Source of the DNA: Candidatus Eiseniibacteriota bacterium
Lineage (GTDB): Bacteria; Eisenbacteria; RBG-16-71-46; CAZAMP01
NCBI GenBank assembly: GCA_965224245.1
Contig: OZ245046.1
Coordinates: 5,600,001 to 5,664,000 of the forward strand
Length of the DNA: 64,000 nt
Reading direction: 5' to 3'
Shown here: piece by piece, positions 19,957-29,797 of the stretch
Numbering within the stretch: position 1 is the stretch's first letter
Layout of the letters: every line of letters starts with the position of its first letter
Notes under the pieces: model-generated
The model's database searches: none
Seen by the model: the letters and a program-made list of their open reading frames with translations, nothing else
Told to the model about the DNA's origin: nothing
Made by a program: the position numbers and the translations under genes

Positions 19957-20855
19957 GGATCGCGATCCTGTCCAGACGTTCCAGTCTCTACTCGACCGCA
20001 CGCCTGAAGAAAGCGGCGGAGGCCGCGGGACACGAGGCGCTGGTCGTCGACTACCTGCGCTGCTACATGAACATCGCCTCGCATCGACCGCAGGTGATCT
20101 ACCAGGGCCGGCCGCTCGAGGTGGATGCGGTGATACCGCGCATCGGAGCCTCGCAGACGTTCTACGGCACGGCCGTGGTTCGCCAGTTCGAGATGATGGG
20201 CGTGTTTCCGCTGAACGAGTCCCAGGCCATCTCGCGCTCACGCGACAAGCTCCGGTGCATGCAGCTCCTGTCGCGGCGGGGGATCGGCCTGCCGGTCACC
20301 GGGTTCGCGCACTCCACGAAGGACGTCCAGGGGGTCATCGAGCTGGTCGGCGGCGCACCGCTGGTGGTGAAGCTGCTCGAGGGCACGCAGGGCATCGGCG
20401 TCGTCCTGTGCGAGACGAAGAAGGCGGCGGAGTCGGTGATCGAGGCGTTTCGCGGGCTCAACGCCAACATCCTCGTCCAGGAGTTCATCAAGGAGGCGGG
20501 CGGCGCCGACATTCGCGCGCTCGTGGTCGGCGACAAGGTCGTCGCGGCGATGCGCCGGCAGGGTGCCCCCGGCGAGTTCCGATCGAACCTGCATCGCGGC
20601 GGCACGGCCGACGTGATCAAGATCACGCCCGAGGAGCGTAGCACCGCCGTCCGCTCGGCGAAGGCGATGGGCCTCAGGGTCTGCGGCGTGGATCTCCTCC
20701 GGTCCAACCACGGTGCGGTGGTGATGGAGGTGAACTCCTCACCGGGTCTCGAGGGAATCGAGACCGCCACCGGCATCGATGTGGCCGGCGCCATCATCAA
20801 GTACATCGAGGACAACGCGTCGCGCGACAAGGTCCGCGATCGCGTGAAGGGCTGA
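19953..20855 (+). CDS. rimK: Alpha-L-glutamate ligase RimK (ATP-grasp)
   Basis: [37 protein letters not shown] and [12 protein letters not shown] motifs. Confidence 0.96.
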   Translation: MRIAILSRRSSLYSTARLKKAAEAAGHEALVVDYLRCYMNIASHRPQVIYQGRPLEVDAVIPRIGASQTFYGTAVVRQFEMMGVFPLNESQAISRSRDKLRCMQLLSRRGIGLPVTGFAHSTKDVQGVIELVGGAPLVVKLLEGTQGIGVVLCETKKAAESVIEAFRGLNANILVQEFIKEAGGADIRALVVGDKVVAAMRRQGAPGEFRSNLHRGGTADVIKITPEERSTAVRSAKAMGLRVCGVDLLRSNHGAVVMEVNSSPGLEGIETATGIDVAGAIIKYIEDNASRDKVRDRVKG

Positions 20856-20856
20856 C

Positions 20857-21897
20857 GTGGACGCGATCCTCGAGGTGGGGGGACGCCGCTTCGCCCCCGG
20901 GGATTGCGAGCGGTTCAGCCTTCCGGCCGCGCTCCTGCCCACCCACACGCAGCTCAACATCCCGCTCTTCGTGGCCAACGGCATGCGCCCCGGTCCGAGG
21001 CTCTTCCTGTCCGCCGCGGTCCACGGCGACGAGATCAACGGCGTGGAGATCATCCGGCAGGTGCTCGAGCGCATGTCCTACCCGCTCCGGCGCGGCAGCC
21101 TGATCGCGGTCCCGATCGTGAACGTGTTCGGCTTCGTCGGGCAGTCGCGGTACCTGCCGGATCGGCGCGACCTGAACCGCTCGTTTCCCGGATCGGCGCG
21201 GGGATCCCTCGCGGCCCGGATCGCCAACATCTTCATGACCGAGATCGTGTCCCGCTGCACGCACGGGATCGATCTCCACACCGCATCCTCGGACAAGACG
21301 AACTACCCCCAGGTGCGGGGCGACATGCTGGATGCCGAGACCCGTCGCTGTGCCGAGGGCTTCGCGGCGCCCGTCACCGTGCACGCGTCGGTCCGGACGG
21401 GGTCGCTACGGGCGGCGGCGGTCAAGCAGGGCCTGACGATTCTCGTGTACGAGGGGGGTGAGCCCCTCCGCTTCAACCCGCAGGTGATCGAGCGGGGCGT
21501 GGAGGGTGTTCTCGGGGTCATGAACGCGCTGGATCTGATCCGCTACCGGCGCCGGCGCTCGCGCCAGCGCACGATCTTCGTCGAGGACAGCTCGTGGATC
21601 CGTGCGCGGCGGGGGGGGCTCGTACGGCTGCAAGTGGCCGAGGGCGAGCGTGTCGCGGGACGCCAGCTCCTGGGCACCATCACCGATCCGTTCGGGGAAG
21701 ACGGGTGCGACGTCCGCGCGCCGTACCCGGGGCTCGTCATCGGACGCACCACGAACCCCGTCATGCACGGAGGCGACGCGGTTCTCCACCTGGCGCGCCT
21801 TCCCGCCGATGCGCCCGACCCGCCCGCGGTCGATTCCACCGAGACGACCGGCGATCCTCACGAAACCGACGTACCCCCGGTGGCCCCGAGCGGCTAG
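20857..21897 (+). CDS. Succinylglutamate desuccinylase / aspartoacylase (M14) family protein
   Basis: HGDEINGVE, DLNRSFPG, IDLHT and YEGGE motifs; starts 1 bp after rimK. Confidence 0.92.
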   Translation: MDAILEVGGRRFAPGDCERFSLPAALLPTHTQLNIPLFVANGMRPGPRLFLSAAVHGDEINGVEIIRQVLERMSYPLRRGSLIAVPIVNVFGFVGQSRYLPDRRDLNRSFPGSARGSLAARIANIFMTEIVSRCTHGIDLHTASSDKTNYPQVRGDMLDAETRRCAEGFAAPVTVHASVRTGSLRAAAVKQGLTILVYEGGEPLRFNPQVIERGVEGVLGVMNALDLIRYRRRRSRQRTIFVEDSSWIRARRGGLVRLQVAEGERVAGRQLLGTITDPFGEDGCDVRAPYPGLVIGRTTNPVMHGGDAVLHLARLPADAPDPPAVDSTETTGDPHETDVPPVAPSG

Positions 21898-22078
21898 TCT
21901 CGATGCGGCCGGACACGGAGCGACAGGCCCCCGATTGCACGTTCGGCTTCGCGCCGGGCCTGCCGACGGAGGTATCCTCTCAGGTACAGATCCGCCCGCG
22001 ATCGGTCGATCGGTTCGGGTGTAATCCCGCGCCATCCCGAGACTTCGAGCAGGCGCGCCCGGCCCTCCTCGATCCAAG

Positions 22079-24634
22079 GTGACGGTCGTCATGTGGACAG
22101 TCGGTTTCATCGCGCTACTGATTCTCGCCGGCGCTCTGACCTACGCCGGCCGCACGAAGCTCGCGTGGCTTCTTCCCCTCGGCATCGCGATCGGCGCCTG
22201 GGGCCTCGCCGGCGGGGTTGGGGGCGCGTTCTTCAACGCCGTGGTCGGGCTCGTGGGCGTCCTGGCCATTCTCCTCGGGGTTCCCGCGGTCCGCCGCCAG
22301 GTCGTCACGCCGCACGTCATGCGGGCGCTGGCCCGGGTGCTTCCGCGCATGAGCGACACCGAGCGCATCGCGCTCGAGGCCGGCACCGTCTGGTGGGACG
22401 CCGATTTGTTCTCGGGCAATCCCGACTGGAAGAAGTGGCTGCGCAACGACCCGCCGCGGCTCACCGAACGCGAGCGCGCGTTCATCGACGGACCGCTGGA
22501 AGAGCTCTGCGAGAGGGTCTCGGACTGGGAGCTGGCCAGCGCGGGCAATCTGCCGGAGGAGGTCTGGGAGTTCCTCGGAAAGACCCGGCTCTTCGGGATG
22601 ATCATCCCCGAGCAGTACGGGGGGCTGGGCTTCTCGGCCCAGGCCCACTCGGCGGTCGTGATGAAGCTCGCGAGCCGGAGCACGGCCACCGCCGTGACCG
22701 TCATGGTGCCGAACTCGCTCGGCCCCGCCGAGCTGCTTCTCCACTACGGCACCGAGGATCAGAAGAACCACTTCCTGCCGCGCCTGGCCACCGGCGAGGA
22801 GATCCCGTGCTTCGCGCTGACCGAGCCGGGCGCGGGCAGCGACGCGTCGAGCATGCGGAGCCACGGCGTGGTCGAGCGGGGCACGTACGACGGCGAGGAG
22901 GTAGTCGGCATCCGCCTCCAGTGGGACAAGCGGTACATCACGCTGGCGCCGGTGGCCACGATTCTCGGGCTGGCGTTCCGGCTGTACGATCCCGCGCACC
23001 TGATCGGAGACACCGAGGACCTCGGCATCACGTGCGCGCTGATCCCGGTCGGCCTGCCCGGCATCGACATCGGGAAGCGACACGATCCGCTCTCGATCCC
23101 GTTCCTGAACGGGCCCACCCGGGGCAAGGACGTCTTCATCCCCGTGGACTTCATCATCGGCGGGCCGAAGATGGCCGGGCGGGGCTGGATGATGTTGATG
23201 CAGTGCCTCTCGGCGGGACGCGGGATCTCGCTCCCGTCACTGTCGGCGGGTGCGGCACAGCTCTCCACGCGGGTCGTGGGCGCGTACGCCACCGTTCGCG
23301 AGCAGTTCTCGCTGCCGATCGGGCGGTTCGAAGGCGTCCAGGAGGCGATGTCGCGGATCGGCGGGTTGACCTACGCCGTGGACGCGGTGCGCTCGGTGAC
23401 CGCGGCCGGGATCGACGCCGGCCAGCAGCCGTCGGTGATCTCGGCGATCGCCAAGGCGTACTCCACCGAGACGATGCGCCGCATCGTCAACGACGCGATG
23501 GACATCTCGGGCGGCGCGGGAATCTCGCTCGGACCGATGAACACGCTCGGCCGCGCGTACATGTCGCTGCCGATCTCCATCACCGTCGAGGGCGCCAACA
23601 TCCTGACCCGGACGATGATCATCTTCGGGCAGGGAGCGCTCCGTTGTCACCCGTACGCGCAGCACGAGGTGCGGGCGGTGGCCGAGAAGGACGTCGCCGG
23701 CTTCGATCGCGCGTTCTTCGGCCACCTCGGCTTCGTGGCCACGAACGAGGTTCGCACGTGGCTCCTGGCCGTGACCGACGGGCGCCTCGTCTCGCCTCCG
23801 ATCCCCGGACCCACGGGCCGGTACTTCCAGCGCCTGTCGCGGCTGAGCGCGACGTTCGCGTTCGTCTCGGACGTGGCCATGGGCACCCTCGGCGGAAGCC
23901 TGAAGCGGCGCGAACGGCTGACCGGTCGGCTCGCGGACGCGCTGTCCTGGATGTACATCGCGTCGGCCACGCTCAAGCGATACGTGGACGAGGGCCAGAC
24001 CGAGCGGGATCGTCCCTACGCCGAGTGGGCGCTCGATCACGCGCTCCACGAGATCCAGACCGCGCTCCTGGCCTTCCTCGACAACCTGCCGAGCCGCGTC
24101 GTGGGGTGGGGCGTGCGACTCCTGGCCTTTCCATTCGGCGGCCGCTACGCCCCGCCGTCCGATCGGCTCGGGGCGCGCGTGGCGTCCGGACTGATCGAGA
24201 ACGGCGAGGCCCGACGGCACCTGGCGTCGGGGATCTACGTGCCGCCGGCCGGCGAGCCCGGACTCGGCCGGCTCGAGGATGCGCTGGCCAAGATCGTGGC
24301 GGCCCGCGATGCCCACACCGCCGTGAAGAGGGCCATCCGATCGGGCGCTCTGGCGCGTCGTCCGGCGGCGACGCTGTATCGCCGCGCCCTCGACGCAGGA
24401 ATCCTGACCGAGGACCAGCATCGCCGGGCGGAAGCGGCCGAGCACGCGCGCGCGGCGGCCGTCGCGGTGGACGAGTTCACGAACGTCGGGCACGCCCCGC
24501 CGACCGTGGTCACGCCGGCTCACCCCGCGTCGTCCGCCGGGGACGAGCCGGGCGGCAGAGCGCCGGCAATCGGTGGCGGAGCGACGAGCGACGACCCGGC
24601 CCCCGCGCGCGAGGACGCCGACGCGACCCCCTGA
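22079..24634 (+). CDS. fadE: Acyl-CoA dehydrogenase, FadE type (N-terminal TM segments, C-terminal DUF1974-like)
   Basis: MSDTERIALEAGTVWWD, MVPNSLGPAELL, CFALTEP.AGSDA and ITVEGANILTR motifs. Start could be ATG 22091. Confidence 0.92.
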   Translation: MTVVMWTVGFIALLILAGALTYAGRTKLAWLLPLGIAIGAWGLAGGVGGAFFNAVVGLVGVLAILLGVPAVRRQVVTPHVMRALARVLPRMSDTERIALEAGTVWWDADLFSGNPDWKKWLRNDPPRLTERERAFIDGPLEELCERVSDWELASAGNLPEEVWEFLGKTRLFGMIIPEQYGGLGFSAQAHSAVVMKLASRSTATAVTVMVPNSLGPAELLLHYGTEDQKNHFLPRLATGEEIPCFALTEPGAGSDASSMRSHGVVERGTYDGEEVVGIRLQWDKRYITLAPVATILGLAFRLYDPAHLIGDTEDLGITCALIPVGLPGIDIGKRHDPLSIPFLNGPTRGKDVFIPVDFIIGGPKMAGRGWMMLMQCLSAGRGISLPSLSAGAAQLSTRVVGAYATVREQFSLPIGRFEGVQEAMSRIGGLTYAVDAVRSVTAAGIDAGQQPSVISAIAKAYSTETMRRIVNDAMDISGGAGISLGPMNTLGRAYMSLPISITVEGANILTRTMIIFGQGALRCHPYAQHEVRAVAEKDVAGFDRAFFGHLGFVATNEVRTWLLAVTDGRLVSPPIPGPTGRYFQRLSRLSATFAFVSDVAMGTLGGSLKRRERLTGRLADALSWMYIASATLKRYVDEGQTERDRPYAEWALDHALHEIQTALLAFLDNLPSRVVGWGVRLLAFPFGGRYAPPSDRLGARVASGLIENGEARRHLASGIYVPPAGEPGLGRLEDALAKIVAARDAHTAVKRAIRSGALARRPAATLYRRALDAGILTEDQHRRAEAAEHARAAAVAVDEFTNVGHAPPTVVTPAHPASSAGDEPGGRAPAIGGGATSDDPAPAREDADATP

Positions 24635-24739
24635 CCCGGACGTTGGGCGGCCTGGATTCCGTGTACCCTTTCGTGGATCGGACACGTATCGGCCGTGTAC
24701 GACTGATCGCCACGGCCCGCCCCGCTCCAGGGAGGAGAC

Positions 24740-26323
24740 ATGGACGAGCGTCCCGACGGCCGCGAGCCGTCGTTCACCCCGGATGGCAATACGGCCTCGC
24801 GCCGGCGCGATGCCGCCGTCGCCGAACCCACCGAGCCCGACGAGCCCGACGAACCCGACGGATCCGACGGATCCGACGGATCCGCGGAGCTCGACACCTC
24901 CGGTGAGCTCGATGCTCTCGACGACCCGGCCGCGCTGGAGGAGTTCGCCGAGCCCGTGGAGCCCGCCGAGCCGGCCCCGCGTGTCGCGCTGTCTCCGGTC
25001 ACGGGCGCCGAGCGCATCCGGTCGATCGACGTGCTCCGGGGCATCGCCGTCTTCGGCATCCTTCTGGTGAACATCTACGCGTTCGCCTACATCGCGCCCG
25101 GGTACACGAACCCATACGGGGCCGGCGGCGGCGGTCCGCTGAACATCGGGACCTGGATCGCGACGCACGTCTTCGTCGAGGGCAAGTTCATCTCGATCTT
25201 CGCCATGCTCTTCGGCGCCGGCATGTGGATCATGTCGTCGCGGGCCGACGCCAGGGGCTCTCGTTTCGGACGCGTGTACGTCCGGCGTCTCTTCTGGCTC
25301 CTCGTCTTCGGGGCGGCGCACGGCCTCTTCATCTGGTGGGGCGACGTGCTCTTTCACTACGCGATCGGCGGCGCCGTCGTGTACCGCTTCCGGAAGTGGC
25401 CGGCACGGAAGCTCTTCGTCGCGTCGGCGGTGAGCTTCGCCATCGGGATCGCGATGATGGCGGCCATCGGGGCTTACATGTCGCATGCCCAGGAGCGCGC
25501 CGCCGTGGTGGCCGAGCAGCTCGCGGCCGGGGAGGAGCCGAGCCCGGACGATCGGGTCCTCTACGATCAGTGGGAGATGGGCCGGTCGTTCCACCACCCG
25601 ACCCCCGAGGAGGCCACACGGCGGATCGCGATGTTCCGCGGGGGGGAGGTGGATCGCGTGACGCCGTTCAACGGCGGATACGGGGGGATCCTGGCCGATC
25701 GCCTGGAGTTCCTGCCCGCCAATCAGATCGGGTCGATGACGGTGGTGCTGCCGCGCGTGGCGGCGCTGATGATGCTCGGCATCGCGCTCCTGAAGATCGG
25801 CGTCCTCGACGCATCGCGGTCGCGCCGGTTCTACACGCGGCTGCTCGTGATCTCGTACGCGATCGGGTTCCCCCTCGTCATCGTGGGAACCCGGCTCCGG
25901 TTCTCGCACGACTTCGGGTACGCCGCGAAGCTCTCGACCGACAGTCACTTCAACACCGTGGGCGCCATCGCGGTCGCGCTCGGCCACATCGCGCTGGTGA
26001 TGCTGGTGGTCAAGAGCGGGGCGTTCGGCGCGCTCCAGCGGCGCCTGGCCGCGGTGGGACGGATGGCCCTCACGAACTACCTGATGCAGTCGGTGATCGC
26101 GACGACACTGTTCTACGGCTACGGCCTCGGACTCTTCTCCCACCTGGACCGCTTCGCGTTGATGGGGGTGGTGGTCGCGATCTGGCTCGTGGAGCTGTGG
26201 TGGAGCCCGATCTGGCTCGCGTGGTTCCGCTTCGGCCCGGCCGAGTGGCTGTGGCGGACGCTGACCTACTGGAAGGTCCAGCCGATGCGCAGGAGGTATG
26301 CGGAAGGGACGGCGGCCGCGTAG
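24740..26323 (+). CDS. DUF418/YeiB family membrane protein with acidic N-terminal extension
   Basis: ERIRSIDVLRGIAVFGILLVNI, FAMLFGAG, GRMALTNYLMQS and GPAEWLWR motifs; GGAGGAG RBS. Confidence 0.9.
   Translation: MDERPDGREPSFTPDGNTASRRRDAAVAEPTEPDEPDEPDGSDGSDGSAELDTSGELDALDDPAALEEFAEPVEPAEPAPRVALSPVTGAERIRSIDVLRGIAVFGILLVNIYAFAYIAPGYTNPYGAGGGGPLNIGTWIATHVFVEGKFISIFAMLFGAGMWIMSSRADARGSRFGRVYVRRLFWLLVFGAAHGLFIWWGDVLFHYAIGGAVVYRFRKWPARKLFVASAVSFAIGIAMMAAIGAYMSHAQERAAVVAEQLAAGEEPSPDDRVLYDQWEMGRSFHHPTPEEATRRIAMFRGGEVDRVTPFNGGYGGILADRLEFLPANQIGSMTVVLPRVAALMMLGIALLKIGVLDASRSRRFYTRLLVISYAIGFPLVIVGTRLRFSHDFGYAAKLSTDSHFNTVGAIAVALGHIALVMLVVKSGAFGALQRRLAAVGRMALTNYLMQSVIATTLFYGYGLGLFSHLDRFALMGVVVAIWLVELWWSPIWLAWFRFGPAEWLWRTLTYWKVQPMRRRYAEGTAAA
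24824..24883 (+). repeat. In-frame 9-bp tandem repeats encoding EPD/GSD in the DUF418 N-terminus
   Basis: GAGCCCGAC and GGATCCGAC units giving EPTEPDEPDEPDGSDGSDGS. Confidence 0.7.
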
Positions 26324-26457
26324 GGTCGGGACGGCGCGGCTACGGGATTCCCCTTACCTCGCTTCCGGACTTCCCGATTCCGGTCTTCACGCCCGGGTCG
26401 TTGAATGGAACGACGCTTCTCATCCGAGGCGACGTTCCCGAGCGGCCGGAGGCCGGC

Positions 26458-27687
26458 ATGAAGACGCTCGCGATCCTCGGTGCCGGGACCGCCGGCACGA
26501 TTCTGGCCAACCGTCTGGAGCGGCGACTGCCGGCCGACTGGGAGATCGTCGTGGTCGACCCCGAGGTCGATCACCTCTACCAGCCCGGGCTCGTGTTCGT
26601 CCCGTTCGGCCTGCACCGGGCGCGCACGCTCCGCCGCGCCCGCGCCTGGACGCTCCGTGCGCCGTCACGATGGCGGCGCACCCGTGTCCTCGAGGTGCGG
26701 CCCGATCGAAAGCGCATCCTCCTCGAGGGACCCGAGACGCTCGACTACGACCTCCTGGTCATTGCCAGCGGATCGCATCTCCATCCCGAGGAGACCGAGG
26801 GTCTCTACGGCGACGAGTGGCGCCGCAGCATTCACGAGTTCTACACGCTCGACGGCGCGCTTGCGCTTCGCGAGAGCCTCTCCACGTTCGAGGGCGGCAA
26901 GCTCGTGGTGAACCCGATCGAGATGCCGATCAAGAGCCCGATCGCGCCGCTCGAGTTCGCCTTTCTGGCCGACGACTACTTCGAGCGGCGCGGCATTCGC
27001 GACGACGTCACGCTCTCGCTGGTGACGCCGCTTCACGACGCGTTCACGAAGCCGCTCGCGTCGAAGGCGATCCGCGAGCTCCTGGAGCGGCGAGACATCG
27101 CGGTGGTCACCGACTTCGCGACCGGCGGCGTGCACGCCGACGGCCGACGCCTTCTCGCGTACGACGGGCGCGCGATCGACTACGACCTCCTCGTGACCGT
27201 TCCCACGCACAAGGGTGCCTCCTACGTCGAGCGATCCGGACTCGGCGACGAGCTCCGCTTCGTTCCCACAGATCCCCACTCGCTCCGCGCGCGAGAGATC
27301 GACGACGCGTTCGTGCTCGGCGACGCCACCGATCTACCCACGTCCAAGGGAGGGTCGGTCGCGCACTTCCAGAGCGAGGTGGTGGCCGAGAACGTCCTGT
27401 GCGCGATCGACGGACGCGAGCCGACCCGCGACTTCGACGGACACGCGAACTTCGTCGTGGAGACCGGACACGAGCGGGCCCTCTTCATCGACCACGACTA
27501 CGGGGTCGAGCCACGCCCGGGGCGCTATCCGTGGCCGCTCGTGGGGCCGTTGTCGGTCCTGCGCGAGTCGCGGGCCAACCACGCCGCGAAGCGGGCGTTC
27601 GAGACGGTCTACTGGGACGCGATCCTGCCGGGGAAGCCGGTGCCGCTGCCTCTCCGGGGGCATCTCGGGGCCGAGGCGCCGTCGTAG
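26458..27687 (+). CDS. Sulfide:quinone oxidoreductase-like FAD flavoprotein lacking the canonical catalytic cysteines
   Basis: GAGTAG, HLYQPG, LGDATDLPTSK.GSVAHF and YW motifs of type III-like SQR. PIKSP and HANFV appear where PIKCP and HANCF are expected. Confidence 0.85.
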   Translation: MKTLAILGAGTAGTILANRLERRLPADWEIVVVDPEVDHLYQPGLVFVPFGLHRARTLRRARAWTLRAPSRWRRTRVLEVRPDRKRILLEGPETLDYDLLVIASGSHLHPEETEGLYGDEWRRSIHEFYTLDGALALRESLSTFEGGKLVVNPIEMPIKSPIAPLEFAFLADDYFERRGIRDDVTLSLVTPLHDAFTKPLASKAIRELLERRDIAVVTDFATGGVHADGRRLLAYDGRAIDYDLLVTVPTHKGASYVERSGLGDELRFVPTDPHSLRAREIDDAFVLGDATDLPTSKGGSVAHFQSEVVAENVLCAIDGREPTRDFDGHANFVVETGHERALFIDHDYGVEPRPGRYPWPLVGPLSVLRESRANHAAKRAFETVYWDAILPGKPVPLPLRGHLGAEAPS

Positions 27688-27875
27688 TCCCGCTCCGGTC
27701 GACCGGCCCGGCGGTCGTGCCCGGCGCTCGTGTCGGGTCGGCGAGGGCGGGGCACGCCGTCGCTCCGGCTACCGGCGTTGCCGTGAGACCGGTCAGGCAT
27801 ACTCACGACGAGCCTCAGGATACTGATGGCGCCCGGCGAGCCCATGGTGCCGTCCCCCGGGGCAACCCCGGCACC

Positions 27876-28016
27876 CCGGGCGCCTCGGCGACCCCGGTGC
27901 CCCCGGCGACCCTGGCGCCCACGGCGACCCCGGTGCCGGCGGCGACCCGGGCGCGTCGGCGACTCCGGTGCCCCCGGCGACCCGGGCGCGTCGGCGACTC
28001 CGGTGCCCCCGGCGAC
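27876..28016. repeat. Four tandem 35-36 bp GC-rich repeats
   Basis: Units start at 27876, 27911, 27947 and 27982; the last two are identical (CCGGGCGCGTCGGCGACTCCGGTGCCCCCGGCGAC); no spacers. Confidence 0.85.
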
Positions 28017-28219
28017 CATCGTGCACCGTGATCCTCCTGGCCCCGGCGCACGTGACCATCATGAAGGTCAGCTCATGGCGGTAGTGCACGTCTCTGCGAG
28101 TGCGCCCCTCGCGATCCGGATGAAGCCCGTCACCCGTTCGCGTCCCCGCGAGGTTGCGACGCGTGAGACGGCCTCCACACCCGGCGCGTGGGCTCGTCCC
28201 GTCGTGCGACGACTCGCTG

Positions 28220-29797
28220 TCACTCGCGCCGTCGCGCGACGAGCCACACCTCGCGCGCCGCGGCCACCGGCATCGCGTGCAACGCGGCGTGACAGCGCCA
28301 GCACACCGTGGCCAGGTTCTCCATCGTGTTCCGACCCCCGCGCTCCACGGGCAGCCGATGATGCACCGCGAGGTGATGACGGCTGTTGCACCCGGGTACA
28401 CGGCATCGGTGCTCGTCGCGCGCGAGCACGCGTCGCCGCAGGCTCGGCGCGATGCTGGCGCGCCGCCGACCGCGAGCGTCGACGACGTCCGCGTCGGCGA
28501 GAATGGCCCGGCGCATGACATCGTTGAGCGGACGATCGCCGACGCGCGCCCGATGACAGGTCGGACAGTCCTGGACGACGATCTGATAGCACGACCGCGG
28601 TCCCGCCTCTGCCACCATCGCCGACGACGAGGAAGACGGCGTGGAGCATGACGCCGAGGAGGACGCTGCCGACGACGCCGACGCCGGAGACGACGGAGGC
28701 ACGCGGGATGAGGAAGCCGACGGGGATGAGGAAGACGGCGCCGTCGACCGAGCCGCCGCTTCCGCCGACGTCGACCGAGGCGCCGACCCCGACGACAGGG
28801 CGTTCGCGAACATCGCCATCGCCGCGACGACGAACTCCGCCTTCGAGCCCCGGAACCCGTGCTTCCGGGCGTGCTCCCACGCGGCCTCGGCGTGCGCATG
28901 GGAGAGGGTGTCGAGCCGCACGCGCAGCTCGAGAGTCACCTCGAGCGTCGGCGCCGATGTCACGGCCGCATCGCCGACCCCAGCGACCGAGTCGACGTCC
29001 GCGACCGAGTCGGCCACCGAAGGGCAGTCGTCCGCGACGGTGGAGTTGGTCCCCGCGGCGGAGTCGACCGCTGCGGCCGAGTCAGCCACCGCGTCCGCGC
29101 CGGCGCCGGACACGGCGATGCTGTCCGCGTTGGCGAGATCGGCCGCGATGGCCTCATCGGCGGCCCGCGCGACGTCGGCCGCGCCGATCGTCGGCGACGC
29201 CGCCGCGTCCCCTCGTGACGATGGCTTCGCCGGCACCGGATCGACCCGGATCGTCTCCTGCGCCCCGCCACCGACCGCACGCCGCGCCGCCCCCCGGGCG
29301 TCCGCGATCCGCTGCTCCAGCTCCCGACGCGACAGGCGCGACGCCAGCCCGATCCACGCATCCGCGGACGAGGCGGTCAGGATCGGGGCGATCGCGCGCG
29401 CCTTCGTCCAGCTCAGCCGGCCCGACGCCATCGCGTCGCGGAGCGCCGGGAACTCCCGCATCCGCTCGGACAGCCCCCGCAGCTGATGACACCGCGACGC
29501 CGACATCTCCAGTCGCTCCATCGCGTACGCCAGCATCGAGGTGAAGCCGAGCACGCGATAGTGGTGCTCGGCGTCGATCTCGGCGAACGACAGCGCGACC
29601 GCGACGCTCGCGCGGCCTTCCAGACGTCGCACGCGCTCCAGCCGCCGGCAGGCGCGACGCGAGCGCGCCTCGCGCCGAGCGTCCGTCCCCTGAAGACGGG
29701 AGCGCGCGTCGCTCCGAACGTCCGTCCCCTGGAGGCCGCTCGTGTTCGTGCTGGACATGCTCGCGACACGCGATGGCTCGGTCCTGGACACCCGCAT
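28220..29797 (-). CDS. HNH endonuclease with DUF222-like N-terminal region
   Basis: C-terminal VLARDEHRCRVPGC....LAVHHRLPVERGGRNTMENLATVCWRCHAALH; N-terminal YRVLGFTSMLAYAMERL...GRLSWTKARAI; low-complexity Ala/Ser/Asp linker. Start may be downstream (MSSTN). Confidence 0.85.
   Translation of the reverse strand: MRVSRTEPSRVASMSSTNTSGLQGTDVRSDARSRLQGTDARREARSRRACRRLERVRRLEGRASVAVALSFAEIDAEHHYRVLGFTSMLAYAMERLEMSASRCHQLRGLSERMREFPALRDAMASGRLSWTKARAIAPILTASSADAWIGLASRLSRRELEQRIADARGAARRAVGGGAQETIRVDPVPAKPSSRGDAAASPTIGAADVARAADEAIAADLANADSIAVSGAGADAVADSAAAVDSAAGTNSTVADDCPSVADSVADVDSVAGVGDAAVTSAPTLEVTLELRVRLDTLSHAHAEAAWEHARKHGFRGSKAEFVVAAMAMFANALSSGSAPRSTSAEAAARSTAPSSSSPSASSSRVPPSSPASASSAASSSASCSTPSSSSSAMVAEAGPRSCYQIVVQDCPTCHRARVGDRPLNDVMRRAILADADVVDARGRRRASIAPSLRRRVLARDEHRCRVPGCNSRHHLAVHHRLPVERGGRNTMENLATVCWRCHAALHAMPVAAAREVWLVARRRE

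Noticed and set aside
27876-28016. 35-36 bp repeats as a CRISPR array or guide array for the HNH nuclease
   Set aside because: Head-to-tail copies without spacers; the HNH protein shows no RuvC motifs of Cas9, IscB or TnpB.
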